Shown: in pieces, positions 9,226 to 21,100 of the stretch
Numbering within the stretch: the stretch's first letter is position 1
Layout: each line of letters starts with the position of its first letter
Assembly: GCA_020723505.1 (NCBI GenBank)
Contig: DYIT01000003.1
Span: forward strand, 29,893 to 93,892
Direction: 5' to 3'
From: Candidatus Kuenenia stuttgartensis
GTDB taxonomy: Bacteria > Planctomycetota > JAKEIC01 > DYIT01
DNA: 64,000 nt
Position numbers and translations under genes: made by a program
The notes under the pieces: generated by a model
Databases searched by the model: none
Told to the model about the DNA's origin: nothing
What the model saw: only the letters and a program-made list of their open reading frames with translations

Positions 9226-11757
9226 TCAGCCGCGCTTCTTCCCACCGCCCCCGGAATCGACCGCGGCCAGCACGAATGCCGAGGGAATCCCGGCGCACAG
9301 CACGTACGTCCTGATTCCGCCCCCGGCCGCCCGCCCGCATCCCGGACACGCGCCGCCCCCGTTCCCCCCAAGCACGGGATCAATGCTCCTGTTGCACGTC
9401 CTCATGATGGGCTTGCCGTCCGGCCCGGTCGCCGGCGTCCCGTCCGCGTTCTCGGACGGCACGAGATTGTCGCAGACGTGGGCCCTGAATGCCACGAGAT
9501 TCATCCCGCTCCTCCCTAGCTCCGCAGGCTTCCCCCTGATGTTCGCCGCAACGTCCGGCCACGGCAGCGAAAAAAGGGATTTCCCATTCGAGGCCGAGAC
9601 GATTTCTATCCCCGATATCGTCGGGCACATGACCGTCTCCCCGGATACGGCCATCCTTCCCGCAAGCGGCGCGGAAAGCTCGGCCTGCCACTCGAGCTTG
9701 CCCGAGAACGCGTCGTATGCGCACAGCCCCGTCCTCGAAGCCACCACCACACGCGAAAGGGCCGCCGCCGCGTGCCGCACGTTGCCGTCCGACCACTTAC
9801 TGTCCTTCCGCTGCCGCTCGTCGAAATCCATGAGCTCCGCGACCGACGGGACGGCCTTCACGTCCGGCTTGATCCACATCTCTTCTCCGCTCAGCGGATC
9901 GACCGCGATAAGCCGGAACGTCTCCTGCGGAGCGAGAAGAAGGACTCCTCCCGCGCAGATGGGCTGGGTTGGGCACCAGAACAGCAGCTTCCTCCTGACT
10001 TCCCCGGTCGGCTCCCCGGCGACCGAGGGAACCTGGTACTTGACCGCCCATGCGATTGCGCCGGTCTCCGGGTCGACGGCGGCAACCGTCCCGGCGTTGG
10101 TCGCGTGGAATACGAGCCCGCATGCGGCGGAAGGCTGCGAACCCTCGAGCAGAACGTCGTTCGACCCCTTCGGAAGCCTGATGCTCGATATGAATGTCCG
10201 CCATAGCTCGCGCCCGTCGCGGTCGAAGCACAGCAGGTAGCTCTTCGCGGCCGTCTCGTCCAGCTGAGTCGCGCCCACGATTGCCTTCCCGTCCCATTCG
10301 ACCGGGCAGCCGTGGAAATGGAGCGATGCGACGAAGGGGTCCTTCTCCTCCCCGACGACCCAGCCGTAGCTGTTGCCCCTCGAATACCCGCAGTCCCCCC
10401 TTGCCCAGATGATGCGGAAAGTCCTCAAGTCGAGCGCAAGGAGGGCGTTCGAGAACTTCCTCCGCCTCTCTACCGCCTCCTCCGGATCACTTTGGTTTAC
10501 CGTGAAGTAGAGCCTGTCCCTGGACACTCCGGCGCAGAAATACTGCTCCGCGAAAAGAGCCTTCCTGTGCACGGGAAACCCGCTCCCCGTGATTTCGAAG
10601 GGAAGGGGATGTATGGCCGACACCTCGTACTCCGCCCGGTTCATCGGCTCCGCAGGACCGCCTGCCATCTTCCCGTCCAGGGGGGAGAACGCCGCAGCCC
10701 CATAGCCCATCGTGGGTATCACGTATCCCCCTGCGACCGCCCAGAACATGGGCGGAAACGGCCCGTTCCCCGCCTCCTCGCGCGAAATGCTGACCAGCCC
10801 GTCCATGTAGCCCGATTTCCCCTCGATATACAGACGGTCGAGAACGACCGTCGGTCTCGGAGAAAGCGCAAAGACGTCCGGCGCCGTCCCGCACCCCGCG
10901 CCGTCCCCGCCCATGCCCGACCAGGCCCGCGTCGCGCACATGCCCGCCCCGCCGTCCCCCCCAAGGGCGCGCAGGCAGCTTTCGGCGAAATCGGCGAGCG
11001 TGACTCTCCTTCCGCCGGACGTCAGGAATGTCTCGGGGAAATCGTTCCGGCATTTCCTTGCCAGGTGGATTAGATCGCCGCGCCTGCCGAGCGATGCGCT
11101 GCCCGCGGCAAGCCGCGCCGCCGCCGACGGGTGCGCCTTGATGTACCCCGGAAAATCGCCGACGAGGCACCAGAGCCTCGCGCAGGATTCCTCCATGCGG
11201 CCCCTCTCGCGCAGCAGGTCCGAGGCCAAATCCAGCGCGCCCGCGGAGTGCGGCGAGGGGAAGAATCGGTCATAGACCTCGCGCAGAAGGTCCGGGTTCC
11301 TCTCCGCCTTTCCGCGCTCGAAAAGCGCTCGTGCCTGGGGTCCGCACTGGGCCATGTAGGATGCGGCCGCGCCGGAACCCATGGCAGCGATGCGCCTCTG
11401 GCACAACCAGCGAACGCTCACGAACCTCTGGAGGCTCTCCACGGGTTTGACCACGCAGAGCTTGTCGCCCCATTTCCGGTCCGCTTCGAGGTACATCTCG
11501 ACGACCTTGCCCATGTTCTCGGCCTTGCCCTCCTCCTCGACCTTCCGAACCTGGGCGAGAAAACCCTGGGCTTCCTCGGATCTCTCGACATAGGCGGGAT
11601 TGTTGAAATCCTGGGGGGTGGAAAGGTCGTCGGCCGCCTCGGGCGCCTGCGCCTGGGCGGATGCGCTTGAAATGATGATCGCCGGAACGGCGGAAAACAG
11701 GAGAAGCAGGATTTGCGGCTTGCGCATGTGTGCCGGTTTCAGAATCAGCTTTCGCAT
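9226..11757 (-). CDS. Secreted TPR + PQQ-like beta-propeller repeat protein, first gene of the MoxR/Bat operon.
   Basis: Signal peptide [36 protein letters not shown]. It has propeller repeats ([47 protein letters not shown]). The start is ambiguous between 11757 and 11727. Confidence 0.8.
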   Translation of the reverse strand: MRKLILKPAHMRKPQILLLLFSAVPAIIISSASAQAQAPEAADDLSTPQDFNNPAYVERSEEAQGFLAQVRKVEEEGKAENMGKVVEMYLEADRKWGDKLCVVKPVESLQRFVSVRWLCQRRIAAMGSGAAASYMAQCGPQARALFERGKAERNPDLLREVYDRFFPSPHSAGALDLASDLLRERGRMEESCARLWCLVGDFPGYIKAHPSAAARLAAGSASLGRRGDLIHLARKCRNDFPETFLTSGGRRVTLADFAESCLRALGGDGGAGMCATRAWSGMGGDGAGCGTAPDVFALSPRPTVVLDRLYIEGKSGYMDGLVSISREEAGNGPFPPMFWAVAGGYVIPTMGYGAAAFSPLDGKMAGGPAEPMNRAEYEVSAIHPLPFEITGSGFPVHRKALFAEQYFCAGVSRDRLYFTVNQSDPEEAVERRRKFSNALLALDLRTFRIIWARGDCGYSRGNSYGWVVGEEKDPFVASLHFHGCPVEWDGKAIVGATQLDETAAKSYLLCFDRDGRELWRTFISSIRLPKGSNDVLLEGSQPSAACGLVFHATNAGTVAAVDPETGAIAWAVKYQVPSVAGEPTGEVRRKLLFWCPTQPICAGGVLLLAPQETFRLIAVDPLSGEEMWIKPDVKAVPSVAELMDFDERQRKDSKWSDGNVRHAAAALSRVVVASRTGLCAYDAFSGKLEWQAELSAPLAGRMAVSGETVMCPTISGIEIVSASNGKSLFSLPWPDVAANIRGKPAELGRSGMNLVAFRAHVCDNLVPSENADGTPATGPDGKPIMRTCNRSIDPVLGGNGGGACPGCGRAAGGGIRTYVLCAGIPSAFVLAAVDSGGGGKKRG

Positions 11758-12123
11758 ATGCCGGGGTTCCGGAATACATAGACGAATAAAGCAGGCAAAT
11801 GTTTCAAACAGTATAGAATTCCGGTCAGGAGCACAGCAAATCAAAACGCCGAAGCTTGATAAGCAGCAGCAGGGGAGTCTGCTTTTCTGCGATTCATGCC
11901 CCCGGGAATTACATTGCCGCTCCGCCAGTCCTTGGAATCAATGCCGCTGGCTATGATGTTTCCAAAGTGTAAAGACAAGCTTACCGCTCTTTTTCGGTTT
12001 CGATATTCGACATCTCTCGCTCCATAATAAGAAGCCGATTTTTCAAAAGAAATGGATTTGGCACTCTTTTTGTTCAAAGTAAGCCGTTTTCCGATCATTC
12101 TTCCGTTTTCAAGGGAGCACGTG

Positions 12124-15100
12124 ATGAAACGGATTTTCGCATTTGCAGCGGCTGCGGCAGTGGCATCGAGCCTCTTGTTCGCAGGCGACCTGGATGCCCA
12201 GCAGCCGGTCTACAGGAAGACCGATCTGCCGAGGGGAATCACTTCAATCGGATCGGGGCCGAACACCACGACGCTGTACTACCCGCTCATCACGCAGTAT
12301 ACGGTCTCGACCTTCTCCCTCGGAGCCGCGAACGGCTACGTCGGTCCCATGACCGGCGGTACGAGGCTCTGGTCATGGACCGACGGGGGGTACAACGCCT
12401 CCTATTGGTCCTCGTACTACCAGTCCGTTCCCATCGGCTTCACCTTCCAGTTCTTCGATTCCGCGCAGACCAGCGTGAACATCTGTCTCGGAGGTATGCT
12501 CTTCTTCGCGGTGCCGACGAACAGCTGGATGGTCGGATACAACTACGACATCGGGAATTCGATGTACGTCCACGACTTCATCGCCCCCTACTGGGACGAG
12601 CTTTCCATCTATTATTACACCTCCTGGCCGTGGATCTGCTCCTGCGGTTACGACTACTACACCACGACCCCCTACGGCGACGTCTACTATCAGACCTCCG
12701 GATCACCGGGCAGCAGGGTCTTCAGGGTGCAATGGCACCGGGTTCCGCACAGCTGGAACCACGTGAACTGGGGCTGGGTCAGCTGCGAGGCCAGGCTCTA
12801 CGAAGGATCGAACAGAATCGAGTTCGTTTACGAGAACAACGCGCAGAACGGAATCGACGTCGGGAACTGCTGGTATTCCCCGCCGTGGGACTCGTTCCAG
12901 GCCACGATCGGCATTGAAGCCTCGAACGGCACGACCGGGTTCGGCGGCCCCAACAAGGGTTCGACCAATGCCCACCCGACCTCCAACTACCGTTTCGACC
13001 CGGTGCCGCCGATAGTCGACGACGCGTCAAGGTCCTTCACGCTTCCCGCGGACTGGGACGCCAACCAGGGTTTCGACTTTTTCGCGACCAGGTATTCCAC
13101 GCTCTGGGTGAGCTGCAACGGCATCATTACGTTCTCGCAGGACACGAACCCCAACAACGCTGCGCTGCCGAGCGCCACTACGCCCAACGGTTTCATCGCC
13201 CTGTTCTGGGACGATTTGAAGATTGACCAGGTGCTGACGTGGGACAGGATAAACTATGCCATTCAGGGTCCGCCCGGGTACAGGATATGCGTCATCGAGT
13301 TCAACAAGGTGACCGTCAAAGCCAACCTGTCGCTCGAACTCACCGGACAGATAATCCTCAACGAGGTGGACAACTCGATTGATCTGCGCTACGACAATGG
13401 CATGCTGCCGTGGACCGGGATGTCCGCGACGATAGGGATTGAGAACCAGACCGGGACGGTGGGCCTTGGCGGGCCCGGGACCGGGAACAACATATCCACG
13501 GTTCCCGCGAACAACTACAAGTTCACGCCGATATATCCTCCGCTGAACTGGCCGAGTTCGCCCAATCCCCTGCAGGTGCCAACGAACTCCGCGACCGGGA
13601 ACTTCGCCGTGAGGTGGAGCAACACGACCAGGGCGGAGTGGTACGAGCTGCAGGAGGGACCGTCGGCGACGGGTCCGTGGACTGCGGTGTACGGCAGCCC
13701 GACCGACCAGACGGCCACTGCGCTTTCGTACAGCGCGATTAACCGGAACGACGGGACGTACTGGTACCAGGTGAGGGCGTGGAACATAGCCGGAAGCAAC
13801 AGCTGGGTTGTGAGCGGCAACGGGTGCCTGGTGGACAAGCCGCCGCTGCCGCCGGTGTCGATGTCCGTGCCGTTCTCGGACGCGGACGGGAACTACGTGG
13901 TGATGTGGGAGAACTCGCCGTCGGACACGGGCAGCAACATGAGCTACGAGCTGCAGTACGACGTGACGCCGAACTTCGGGACCCCGATAGTGATACCTGC
14001 GCCGCACGCTCCGTGCGCTGTGGGCCTGAACGACTGGCAGCACGCGATAAACGGGATGCTTAACGGGTCGTACTATTACAGGGTGAGGGCGAACAAGTCT
14101 CCTGCTGGGCTTTTGAGCTCGTGGACGTACGGGGCGAACGGGTGCACGGTGCAGCTGCCTCCGCCGTCGGACCCGACGTTCGTGGACGTGTACAATTTCT
14201 GGCCGGGCGGGAGCACGATAACGACGGACGCCGACGGGACGTTCGCGGTGGTATGGGGCGCGGCGACGGGCCAGGGGACGATAACGTACGAGGTGGAGGA
14301 GGCGACGAACCCGCAGTTCATGGGCGCGTTCCCCGTGTATCCCGTCGGGGCGGACACGGGGCTCGACCTGTTCAAGACGCTGACTGGGCGGTCGGGGACT
14401 CCGCCGCTGGGGACGCAGTATTATTACAGGGTCAGGGCGAAGAACAGTTCGGGATACAGCAACTGGGTGAACGACATGAACGGGGTCACGGTGGTGATAC
14501 CTGCGCCGACGGCGCCCGCCGGACTCGACGTCAGGGACGACGTGGGCGGGGCGCCCGGCGGCGTTTCAATCACGCAGGACAACAACGGGGACTTCTGGGT
14601 CGTGTGGAACGCGGTGTCCGGGGCCACGCAGTACATACTGCAGCAGAGCACGAACAACACGGTGGTGAACGGGAGCCTGGTCGGCGCGATTACGCTGGTG
14701 AACGGGACGGCGACGCAGTACCACGCGACCGGGGTCGGGAACGGTACGTACTATTTCCAGGTGCAGGCGTGGAACAGTTCCGGTTCGAGCCCGTGGAGCA
14801 TCTGGCTTGCGGGGCTCACGGTTCTGCTTCCTCCGTCGGCGCCCACGGGGCTCAACGTTCCCGCGACGGACGCGGACGGGGTGTACCAGGTGACGTGGGG
14901 GCAGAACCCCGGGTCTGAGGGCGTTCTGGAGTACATGATACAGGAGGACGACAATCCGGGGTTCTCCAGCCCGACGACGCTCGGGGGCGCGGAGTTCTCG
15001 GGCGGGACGTCGACGTCCGCCAGCGTGGGTGCCGCGTCTGCGCGCAGCGACGGGACCTACTACTACAGGGTGAGGGCCAGGAACGCTTCGACGGCGAACG

Positions 15101-17769
15101 GGGGATGGGGGCAGTGGGCGGTCGGGACGAACGGGTGCGTGGTGCTGCATCCGCCGGTGTCCCCGGCCAGCCTGGAGGCGCGTGACGTGCCCGCCGGGCC
15201 GGCGATTACGCAGGACATAAACGGGGACTACTATCTTGCGTGGTCGGCGGTGGTTTCCGCGTCGAGCTACGAGCTGCAGGAATACCAGGGTCCTCCTGCG
15301 CCGTCCGCCGGAGCGACGTGGGTCGCGATGTACATCGGGTCGAACACGAGCTTCCACATCCAGGGGAAGGTGGTGGGGACGTTCTACTACAGGGTGAGGG
15401 CGATGAACACGTCCGGGTCGAGCGCGTGGATACCCGTGGCGCCGACGTACGTGAGCGTCGAGATCATACCGCCGATTCTGCCCGCGAACATATACCTGCC
15501 GGTGCCGCCGCAGAGCGCGACGGGTTCGTACACGGTCAGCTGGGATCCTTCGGCCGGCGCGACGTCGTACGATTTGGAGGAGAGGCAGGGGCTCGGCGGG
15601 ACGTGGATGCCGGTGTATTCGGGTCCGGCGACGTCGTTCCAGGTGTTCGGCAAGACGGCCGGGACGTACTACTACAGGGTGAGGGCGAGGAACGGGGCCG
15701 GGACGTCCGCGGGATGGACGTCGTCGGAGCCGGGCTACGTGCAGATAATCGCCCCGAATGCGCCGGCGGCGATAACGGTGCCTGCGCATTCGATATCCGG
15801 GTATTTCACGGTGGTTTGGACGAACAGCTCCGGGGCTACGGGGTATACGCTGGAGGAGGACACGTCTCCGGCGTTCGGCGGGGCGGCCGTGATATACGAC
15901 GGGGCGGCGACTTCGTTCTACGTGACGAACAGGGGCACTCTGGGTGTTCCGACGATTTACTACTACAGGGTCAGGTCTTACAACCTGGTGGGACCGAGCA
16001 CGGCGTGGACGACGACTCCGGCCAACATGTGCGTCGTGGACCTCCAGGCTCCGCAGGCGCCTGCGGCGATAAACGTGCCGACGTCGTCGACGACGGGCAC
16101 GTATCTCGTGACGTGGACGGCGTCCGACGGGACGCAGAGCTACACGCTGCAGGAGTCGACGGCGCCGGACAGCGGGTTTGCTTCGCCCGTGACGGTGTAC
16201 ACCGGTGCTGCCGCGTCGTACAACGTGGCCGGGAAGACCAACGGGACGTACTACTATCGCGTGAGGGCGACGAACGTGGCCGGGGACAGCGGGTGGACGA
16301 CGACGCCGGCGAACACATGCGTTGTGGATTTGAAGCCGCCGTATCCTCCGAACTCGTTCACGGTGCCGCTGAGCTCGTTCACCGGGGTGATACCGTTGAG
16401 CTGGACGGCCGGGCAGGGGGGCCTCTGGTACGAGATACAGGAGGACGTGGATTCCGGGTTCGGGGGGGCGTCGGTGGCGTATCTCGGGGCGGGGACTTCA
16501 TGCACGCTGTATGGCAGGTCTACGGGGACGTACTACTACCGCATAAGGTCTGTGAACACGGTGGGCGCTTCCGTGTGGTTCAACGGGTCGAACCCGTGCA
16601 TGGTGAGCATAGTGAGCGCGGGGATTGGGGTGATGGCCGGGAACATGAACCCGGTTGCCGGGAACGAGCTGCCGACGGCTGCGGACGTGCCGATGCTGCA
16701 CCTTGCCGTGGCGAACAACAACCACAGCGACGTGGCGATATCCGCCGTGACGATAACTGCCGCCGGGACCGGGGACCCGAACGCGGAGATACAGAGCGCG
16801 GAGCTGTGGCAGGACGTGAACGGCGACGGGCGCATAGGCGCCGGCGACGTGCAGCTCGGGTCTGCGCAGGGATTTGCCGCGGCGGCGACTACCGTGACGT
16901 TCGGAGGGATAGTTCACACCATGCTGAAGAGCGCGGTGGAGAGCTGGCTGGTGGTGTTCACGTTCAACAACGCGGTGGTCGGGTCGACGTTCGGGGCCAT
17001 GCTGGCATCGAACACGCAGATAAGCGCGGTGGACATCACGTACGGGAACGCCGTGGTTGTTGAGGGCGCGCCGGTGTCGGGCGGGACGAAGACGATACAG
17101 TCGTCCGGTGCCGGGGACCTTGGGGTGCACCTTGGCGCCAGGTCTGCGAAGGGCCAGTCGCTGCAGCCCGGGGCGTCGGGGGTGGGAATCATCCAGCTTG
17201 CCCTGTCCGCAGGGTCGATAGACGGGGCGAGGGTGACGAGGGTGCGGTTCACGTCCACGGGGTCCGGGATAGAGAACTCGGACGCGGTGAACGTCAGGCT
17301 GTTCGACGACGTTGACGGGGACGGAGCGATAGGGGGGACCGACGTGCAGCTAGGCTCGGGCACGTACTCGGGGGACAACGGCATGATTACGTTCAGCGGG
17401 ATAACCGGCGTCACGGTGGCTGCCGGCACGACCAGGCACCTCCTGCTGGCTTACGACTTCGCGTCCGGGATATCCGGGGTGCAGACGTACGCCGCGCTGA
17501 TACTGACCGGGGGCGACGTGTCGGCCACGGGCGTGGCTTCGAACCAGGCGATAGTTCCCGCGGGAGCGCCTGTCGTCGGGTCGTACACGTCGGTGGGATC
17601 GGCGTCCCAGAACAATACCGGCGACAGCCCGAGATACTCAATCGGCGGATGCTCGGCGCAGCCCGCTGCGGTCGCCTGCGACCCCATGGGCCTCCTCGCG
17701 CCGTTCCTGGCCTTCGCGGCCCTCGGGCTTGCCGTCAGGACGGGCTTCCGCGCAGGACGCGGAAAATAA
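12124..17769 (+). CDS. Giant secreted cell-surface protein, 1,881 aa. It has a Tyr-rich N-terminal domain, about ten FN3 repeats, Ca-binding-like DVNGDGxIGxxDVQLG motifs, and a C-terminal hydrophobic helix with a basic tail (putative sorting signal).
   Basis: The start is ATG 12124 (MKRIFAFAAAAAVASSLLFAGDLDAQ signal peptide), with AGGGAG 9 nt upstream. The FN3 signature motif GTYYYRVRA.N..G.S.W recurs ten times. The C-terminus is ...SIGGCSAQPAAVACDPMGLLAPFLAFAALGLAVRTGFRAGRGK. Confidence 0.85.
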   Translation: MKRIFAFAAAAAVASSLLFAGDLDAQQPVYRKTDLPRGITSIGSGPNTTTLYYPLITQYTVSTFSLGAANGYVGPMTGGTRLWSWTDGGYNASYWSSYYQSVPIGFTFQFFDSAQTSVNICLGGMLFFAVPTNSWMVGYNYDIGNSMYVHDFIAPYWDELSIYYYTSWPWICSCGYDYYTTTPYGDVYYQTSGSPGSRVFRVQWHRVPHSWNHVNWGWVSCEARLYEGSNRIEFVYENNAQNGIDVGNCWYSPPWDSFQATIGIEASNGTTGFGGPNKGSTNAHPTSNYRFDPVPPIVDDASRSFTLPADWDANQGFDFFATRYSTLWVSCNGIITFSQDTNPNNAALPSATTPNGFIALFWDDLKIDQVLTWDRINYAIQGPPGYRICVIEFNKVTVKANLSLELTGQIILNEVDNSIDLRYDNGMLPWTGMSATIGIENQTGTVGLGGPGTGNNISTVPANNYKFTPIYPPLNWPSSPNPLQVPTNSATGNFAVRWSNTTRAEWYELQEGPSATGPWTAVYGSPTDQTATALSYSAINRNDGTYWYQVRAWNIAGSNSWVVSGNGCLVDKPPLPPVSMSVPFSDADGNYVVMWENSPSDTGSNMSYELQYDVTPNFGTPIVIPAPHAPCAVGLNDWQHAINGMLNGSYYYRVRANKSPAGLLSSWTYGANGCTVQLPPPSDPTFVDVYNFWPGGSTITTDADGTFAVVWGAATGQGTITYEVEEATNPQFMGAFPVYPVGADTGLDLFKTLTGRSGTPPLGTQYYYRVRAKNSSGYSNWVNDMNGVTVVIPAPTAPAGLDVRDDVGGAPGGVSITQDNNGDFWVVWNAVSGATQYILQQSTNNTVVNGSLVGAITLVNGTATQYHATGVGNGTYYFQVQAWNSSGSSPWSIWLAGLTVLLPPSAPTGLNVPATDADGVYQVTWGQNPGSEGVLEYMIQEDDNPGFSSPTTLGGAEFSGGTSTSASVGAASARSDGTYYYRVRARNASTANGGWGQWAVGTNGCVVLHPPVSPASLEARDVPAGPAITQDINGDYYLAWSAVVSASSYELQEYQGPPAPSAGATWVAMYIGSNTSFHIQGKVVGTFYYRVRAMNTSGSSAWIPVAPTYVSVEIIPPILPANIYLPVPPQSATGSYTVSWDPSAGATSYDLEERQGLGGTWMPVYSGPATSFQVFGKTAGTYYYRVRARNGAGTSAGWTSSEPGYVQIIAPNAPAAITVPAHSISGYFTVVWTNSSGATGYTLEEDTSPAFGGAAVIYDGAATSFYVTNRGTLGVPTIYYYRVRSYNLVGPSTAWTTTPANMCVVDLQAPQAPAAINVPTSSTTGTYLVTWTASDGTQSYTLQESTAPDSGFASPVTVYTGAAASYNVAGKTNGTYYYRVRATNVAGDSGWTTTPANTCVVDLKPPYPPNSFTVPLSSFTGVIPLSWTAGQGGLWYEIQEDVDSGFGGASVAYLGAGTSCTLYGRSTGTYYYRIRSVNTVGASVWFNGSNPCMVSIVSAGIGVMAGNMNPVAGNELPTAADVPMLHLAVANNNHSDVAISAVTITAAGTGDPNAEIQSAELWQDVNGDGRIGAGDVQLGSAQGFAAAATTVTFGGIVHTMLKSAVESWLVVFTFNNAVVGSTFGAMLASNTQISAVDITYGNAVVVEGAPVSGGTKTIQSSGAGDLGVHLGARSAKGQSLQPGASGVGIIQLALSAGSIDGARVTRVRFTSTGSGIENSDAVNVRLFDDVDGDGAIGGTDVQLGSGTYSGDNGMITFSGITGVTVAAGTTRHLLLAYDFASGISGVQTYAALILTGGDVSATGVASNQAIVPAGAPVVGSYTSVGSASQNNTGDSPRYSIGGCSAQPAAVACDPMGLLAPFLAFAALGLAVRTGFRAGRGK

Positions 17770-17837
17770 GGAAGGGCGGCCGGTCAATCGAGCAGTTGTG
17801 CGAAAGGGCCGGGGGACTGAAACCCCCGGCCCTTTTC
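13399..17837. repeat. Copy 1 of a 4,439-bp perfect direct repeat (period 6,035 bp). It covers the 3' 4.37 kb of the giant FN3 gene plus its terminator.
   Basis: The sequence is nucleotide-identical to 19434–23872. All embedded track ORFs recur with an offset of exactly 6,035. The last mismatch upstream is at 13398/19433. Identity decays gradually further 5'. Confidence 0.9.
17806..17837 (+). terminator. Rho-independent terminator of giant gene 1.
   Basis: GGGCCGGGGG-ACTGAAA-CCCCCGGCCC followed by TTTTC. Confidence 0.8.
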
Positions 17838-18140
17838 ATTATCATGGCGTCCGGGGGTTAGTGCCGCTCCGGGATACGTGCGGCGCCGGACAGAGAGAAA
17901 TAGCGATAATTTTGTTGCCAATATGTAAATTGAAAGATAGTGTTGGTTTAATGAACAAGTGAGCAAAAAGCGATTACCAGGTTTCCGATGGGTATAACTT
18001 TAGAAAATTTATATAGTTATGCTGATTGGAGTCTTTCGCGTCGCTTAAAGGCCGAGAGTGGATTTATTCTAAACGGCATTGGATTTGAATAGAAGTCTTT
18101 GGTAATACGATCATATTGCCCTTTACTGATAGGGGGATTT

Positions 18141-21100
18141 ATGAAGCGCTTCACACTGGTTCTCATGGCTGTGGCTTTCCTTGCCGGGCTGATGTTCGCG
18201 GCCGATGCCGAGGCTCAGCAGCCTGTCTACAGGAAAACCGACCTGCCCAGGGGCATGACCTCGATAGGGTCAGGTCCGAACACAACGACTTTGTACTACC
18301 CGCAGATCACGACCTATAACGTGACCACTTTCCCGCTCAGCGATGCGAGCGGGTACAGCCCCATGGTCGGCGGGACCAAGCTGTGGTCTTGGACGGATAA
18401 TAATTATAATTCATACTATTATTATTATACGTACGCATCGGTTCCGATAGGCTTCACTTTCCAATACTTCGCCACCGCCCAGACCAGCGTAAACGTCGGT
18501 ATTGCAGGCCTCCTGTTCTTCACGATGCCGACCTATTATTATTACGTTGGGCAGAACTACGATATCGGCAACTCCCAGTACGTTCACGACTTCATCGCTC
18601 CATACTGGGATGAATTGACCATATATTACTACACTTCCTATGCTTACAGCTGCTACTACTGCGGCCAGTCATACTACACCACCTGCCCCTTCGGCGACGT
18701 GCGCTACCAGACGACCGGAGCGGTGGGGAGCAGGGTTTTCAAGGTCCAGTGGCACAAGATGCCCCACTATTGGACGCACTACAACAAGGGCTCGGTGAGC
18801 TTCGAAGCGAGGCTCTACGAAGGCTCGAACAGAATCGAATTCGTCTACGAAAACAGCGCGGCCAACGGCGTGGACGTCGGAAACTGCTACTACGCTCCTC
18901 CGCAGACCATGTACTACTATTACAGTTTCACGTCGACAATCGGTATCGAAGCCGCCAACGGCACGACCGGGTTCGGCGGCCCCAACAAGACCTCGTCGAA
19001 CAACCATCCTGTCTCAAACTACCGTTTCGACCCGGTGCCGCCGATAGTCGACGACGCGTCGAGGTCATTCACGCTTCCCGCGGACTGGGACGCGCCTAAT
19101 AACGGATTCGACTTCTTCGCGACGAGGTACTCGACGATTTGGGTGGGCTGCAACGGCATTGTGACGTTTGCGCAGGACACGAACCCCAACAACGCTGTGC
19201 TGCCGAGCGCCACTACGCCGAACGGGTTCATAGCCCTGTTCTGGGACGATTTGAAGGTTGACCAGGTGCTGACGTGGGACAGGATAAACTGCGCTGTACA
19301 GGGTCCGCCCGGATACAGGATATGCGTCATCGAGTTCAACAAGGTGACCGTCAAAGCCAACCTGGCGTTGGAGCTGACCGGCCAGGTCGTGCTCAACGAG
19401 GTGGACAACTCAATCGAGCTGCGCTACGACAACGGCATGCTGCCGTGGACCGGGATGTCCGCGACGATAGGGATTGAGAACCAGACCGGGACGGTGGGCC
19501 TTGGCGGGCCCGGGACCGGGAACAACATATCCACGGTTCCCGCGAACAACTACAAGTTCACGCCGATATATCCTCCGCTGAACTGGCCGAGTTCGCCCAA
19601 TCCCCTGCAGGTGCCAACGAACTCCGCGACCGGGAACTTCGCCGTGAGGTGGAGCAACACGACCAGGGCGGAGTGGTACGAGCTGCAGGAGGGACCGTCG
19701 GCGACGGGTCCGTGGACTGCGGTGTACGGCAGCCCGACCGACCAGACGGCCACTGCGCTTTCGTACAGCGCGATTAACCGGAACGACGGGACGTACTGGT
19801 ACCAGGTGAGGGCGTGGAACATAGCCGGAAGCAACAGCTGGGTTGTGAGCGGCAACGGGTGCCTGGTGGACAAGCCGCCGCTGCCGCCGGTGTCGATGTC
19901 CGTGCCGTTCTCGGACGCGGACGGGAACTACGTGGTGATGTGGGAGAACTCGCCGTCGGACACGGGCAGCAACATGAGCTACGAGCTGCAGTACGACGTG
20001 ACGCCGAACTTCGGGACCCCGATAGTGATACCTGCGCCGCACGCTCCGTGCGCTGTGGGCCTGAACGACTGGCAGCACGCGATAAACGGGATGCTTAACG
20101 GGTCGTACTATTACAGGGTGAGGGCGAACAAGTCTCCTGCTGGGCTTTTGAGCTCGTGGACGTACGGGGCGAACGGGTGCACGGTGCAGCTGCCTCCGCC
20201 GTCGGACCCGACGTTCGTGGACGTGTACAATTTCTGGCCGGGCGGGAGCACGATAACGACGGACGCCGACGGGACGTTCGCGGTGGTATGGGGCGCGGCG
20301 ACGGGCCAGGGGACGATAACGTACGAGGTGGAGGAGGCGACGAACCCGCAGTTCATGGGCGCGTTCCCCGTGTATCCCGTCGGGGCGGACACGGGGCTCG
20401 ACCTGTTCAAGACGCTGACTGGGCGGTCGGGGACTCCGCCGCTGGGGACGCAGTATTATTACAGGGTCAGGGCGAAGAACAGTTCGGGATACAGCAACTG
20501 GGTGAACGACATGAACGGGGTCACGGTGGTGATACCTGCGCCGACGGCGCCCGCCGGACTCGACGTCAGGGACGACGTGGGCGGGGCGCCCGGCGGCGTT
20601 TCAATCACGCAGGACAACAACGGGGACTTCTGGGTCGTGTGGAACGCGGTGTCCGGGGCCACGCAGTACATACTGCAGCAGAGCACGAACAACACGGTGG
20701 TGAACGGGAGCCTGGTCGGCGCGATTACGCTGGTGAACGGGACGGCGACGCAGTACCACGCGACCGGGGTCGGGAACGGTACGTACTATTTCCAGGTGCA
20801 GGCGTGGAACAGTTCCGGTTCGAGCCCGTGGAGCATCTGGCTTGCGGGGCTCACGGTTCTGCTTCCTCCGTCGGCGCCCACGGGGCTCAACGTTCCCGCG
20901 ACGGACGCGGACGGGGTGTACCAGGTGACGTGGGGGCAGAACCCCGGGTCTGAGGGCGTTCTGGAGTACATGATACAGGAGGACGACAATCCGGGGTTCT
21001 CCAGCCCGACGACGCTCGGGGGCGCGGAGTTCTCGGGCGGGACGTCGACGTCCGCCAGCGTGGGTGCCGCGTCTGCGCGCAGCGACGGGACCTACTACTA

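Noticed and set aside
8246-10240. 664-aa plus-strand ORF antisense to the MoxR and PQQ genes.
   Set aside because: It is antisense to two genes with strong family signatures. The translation is low-complexity.
13027-17130. Multiple 200–600-aa ORFs on both strands inside the giant FN3 genes, duplicated in the second copy (e.g. 14566..15789 −, 15240..17063 +).
   Set aside because: All lie within or antisense to the FN3-array genes. They repeat only because the DNA is duplicated. Their translations are Arg/Gly/His-rich junk.
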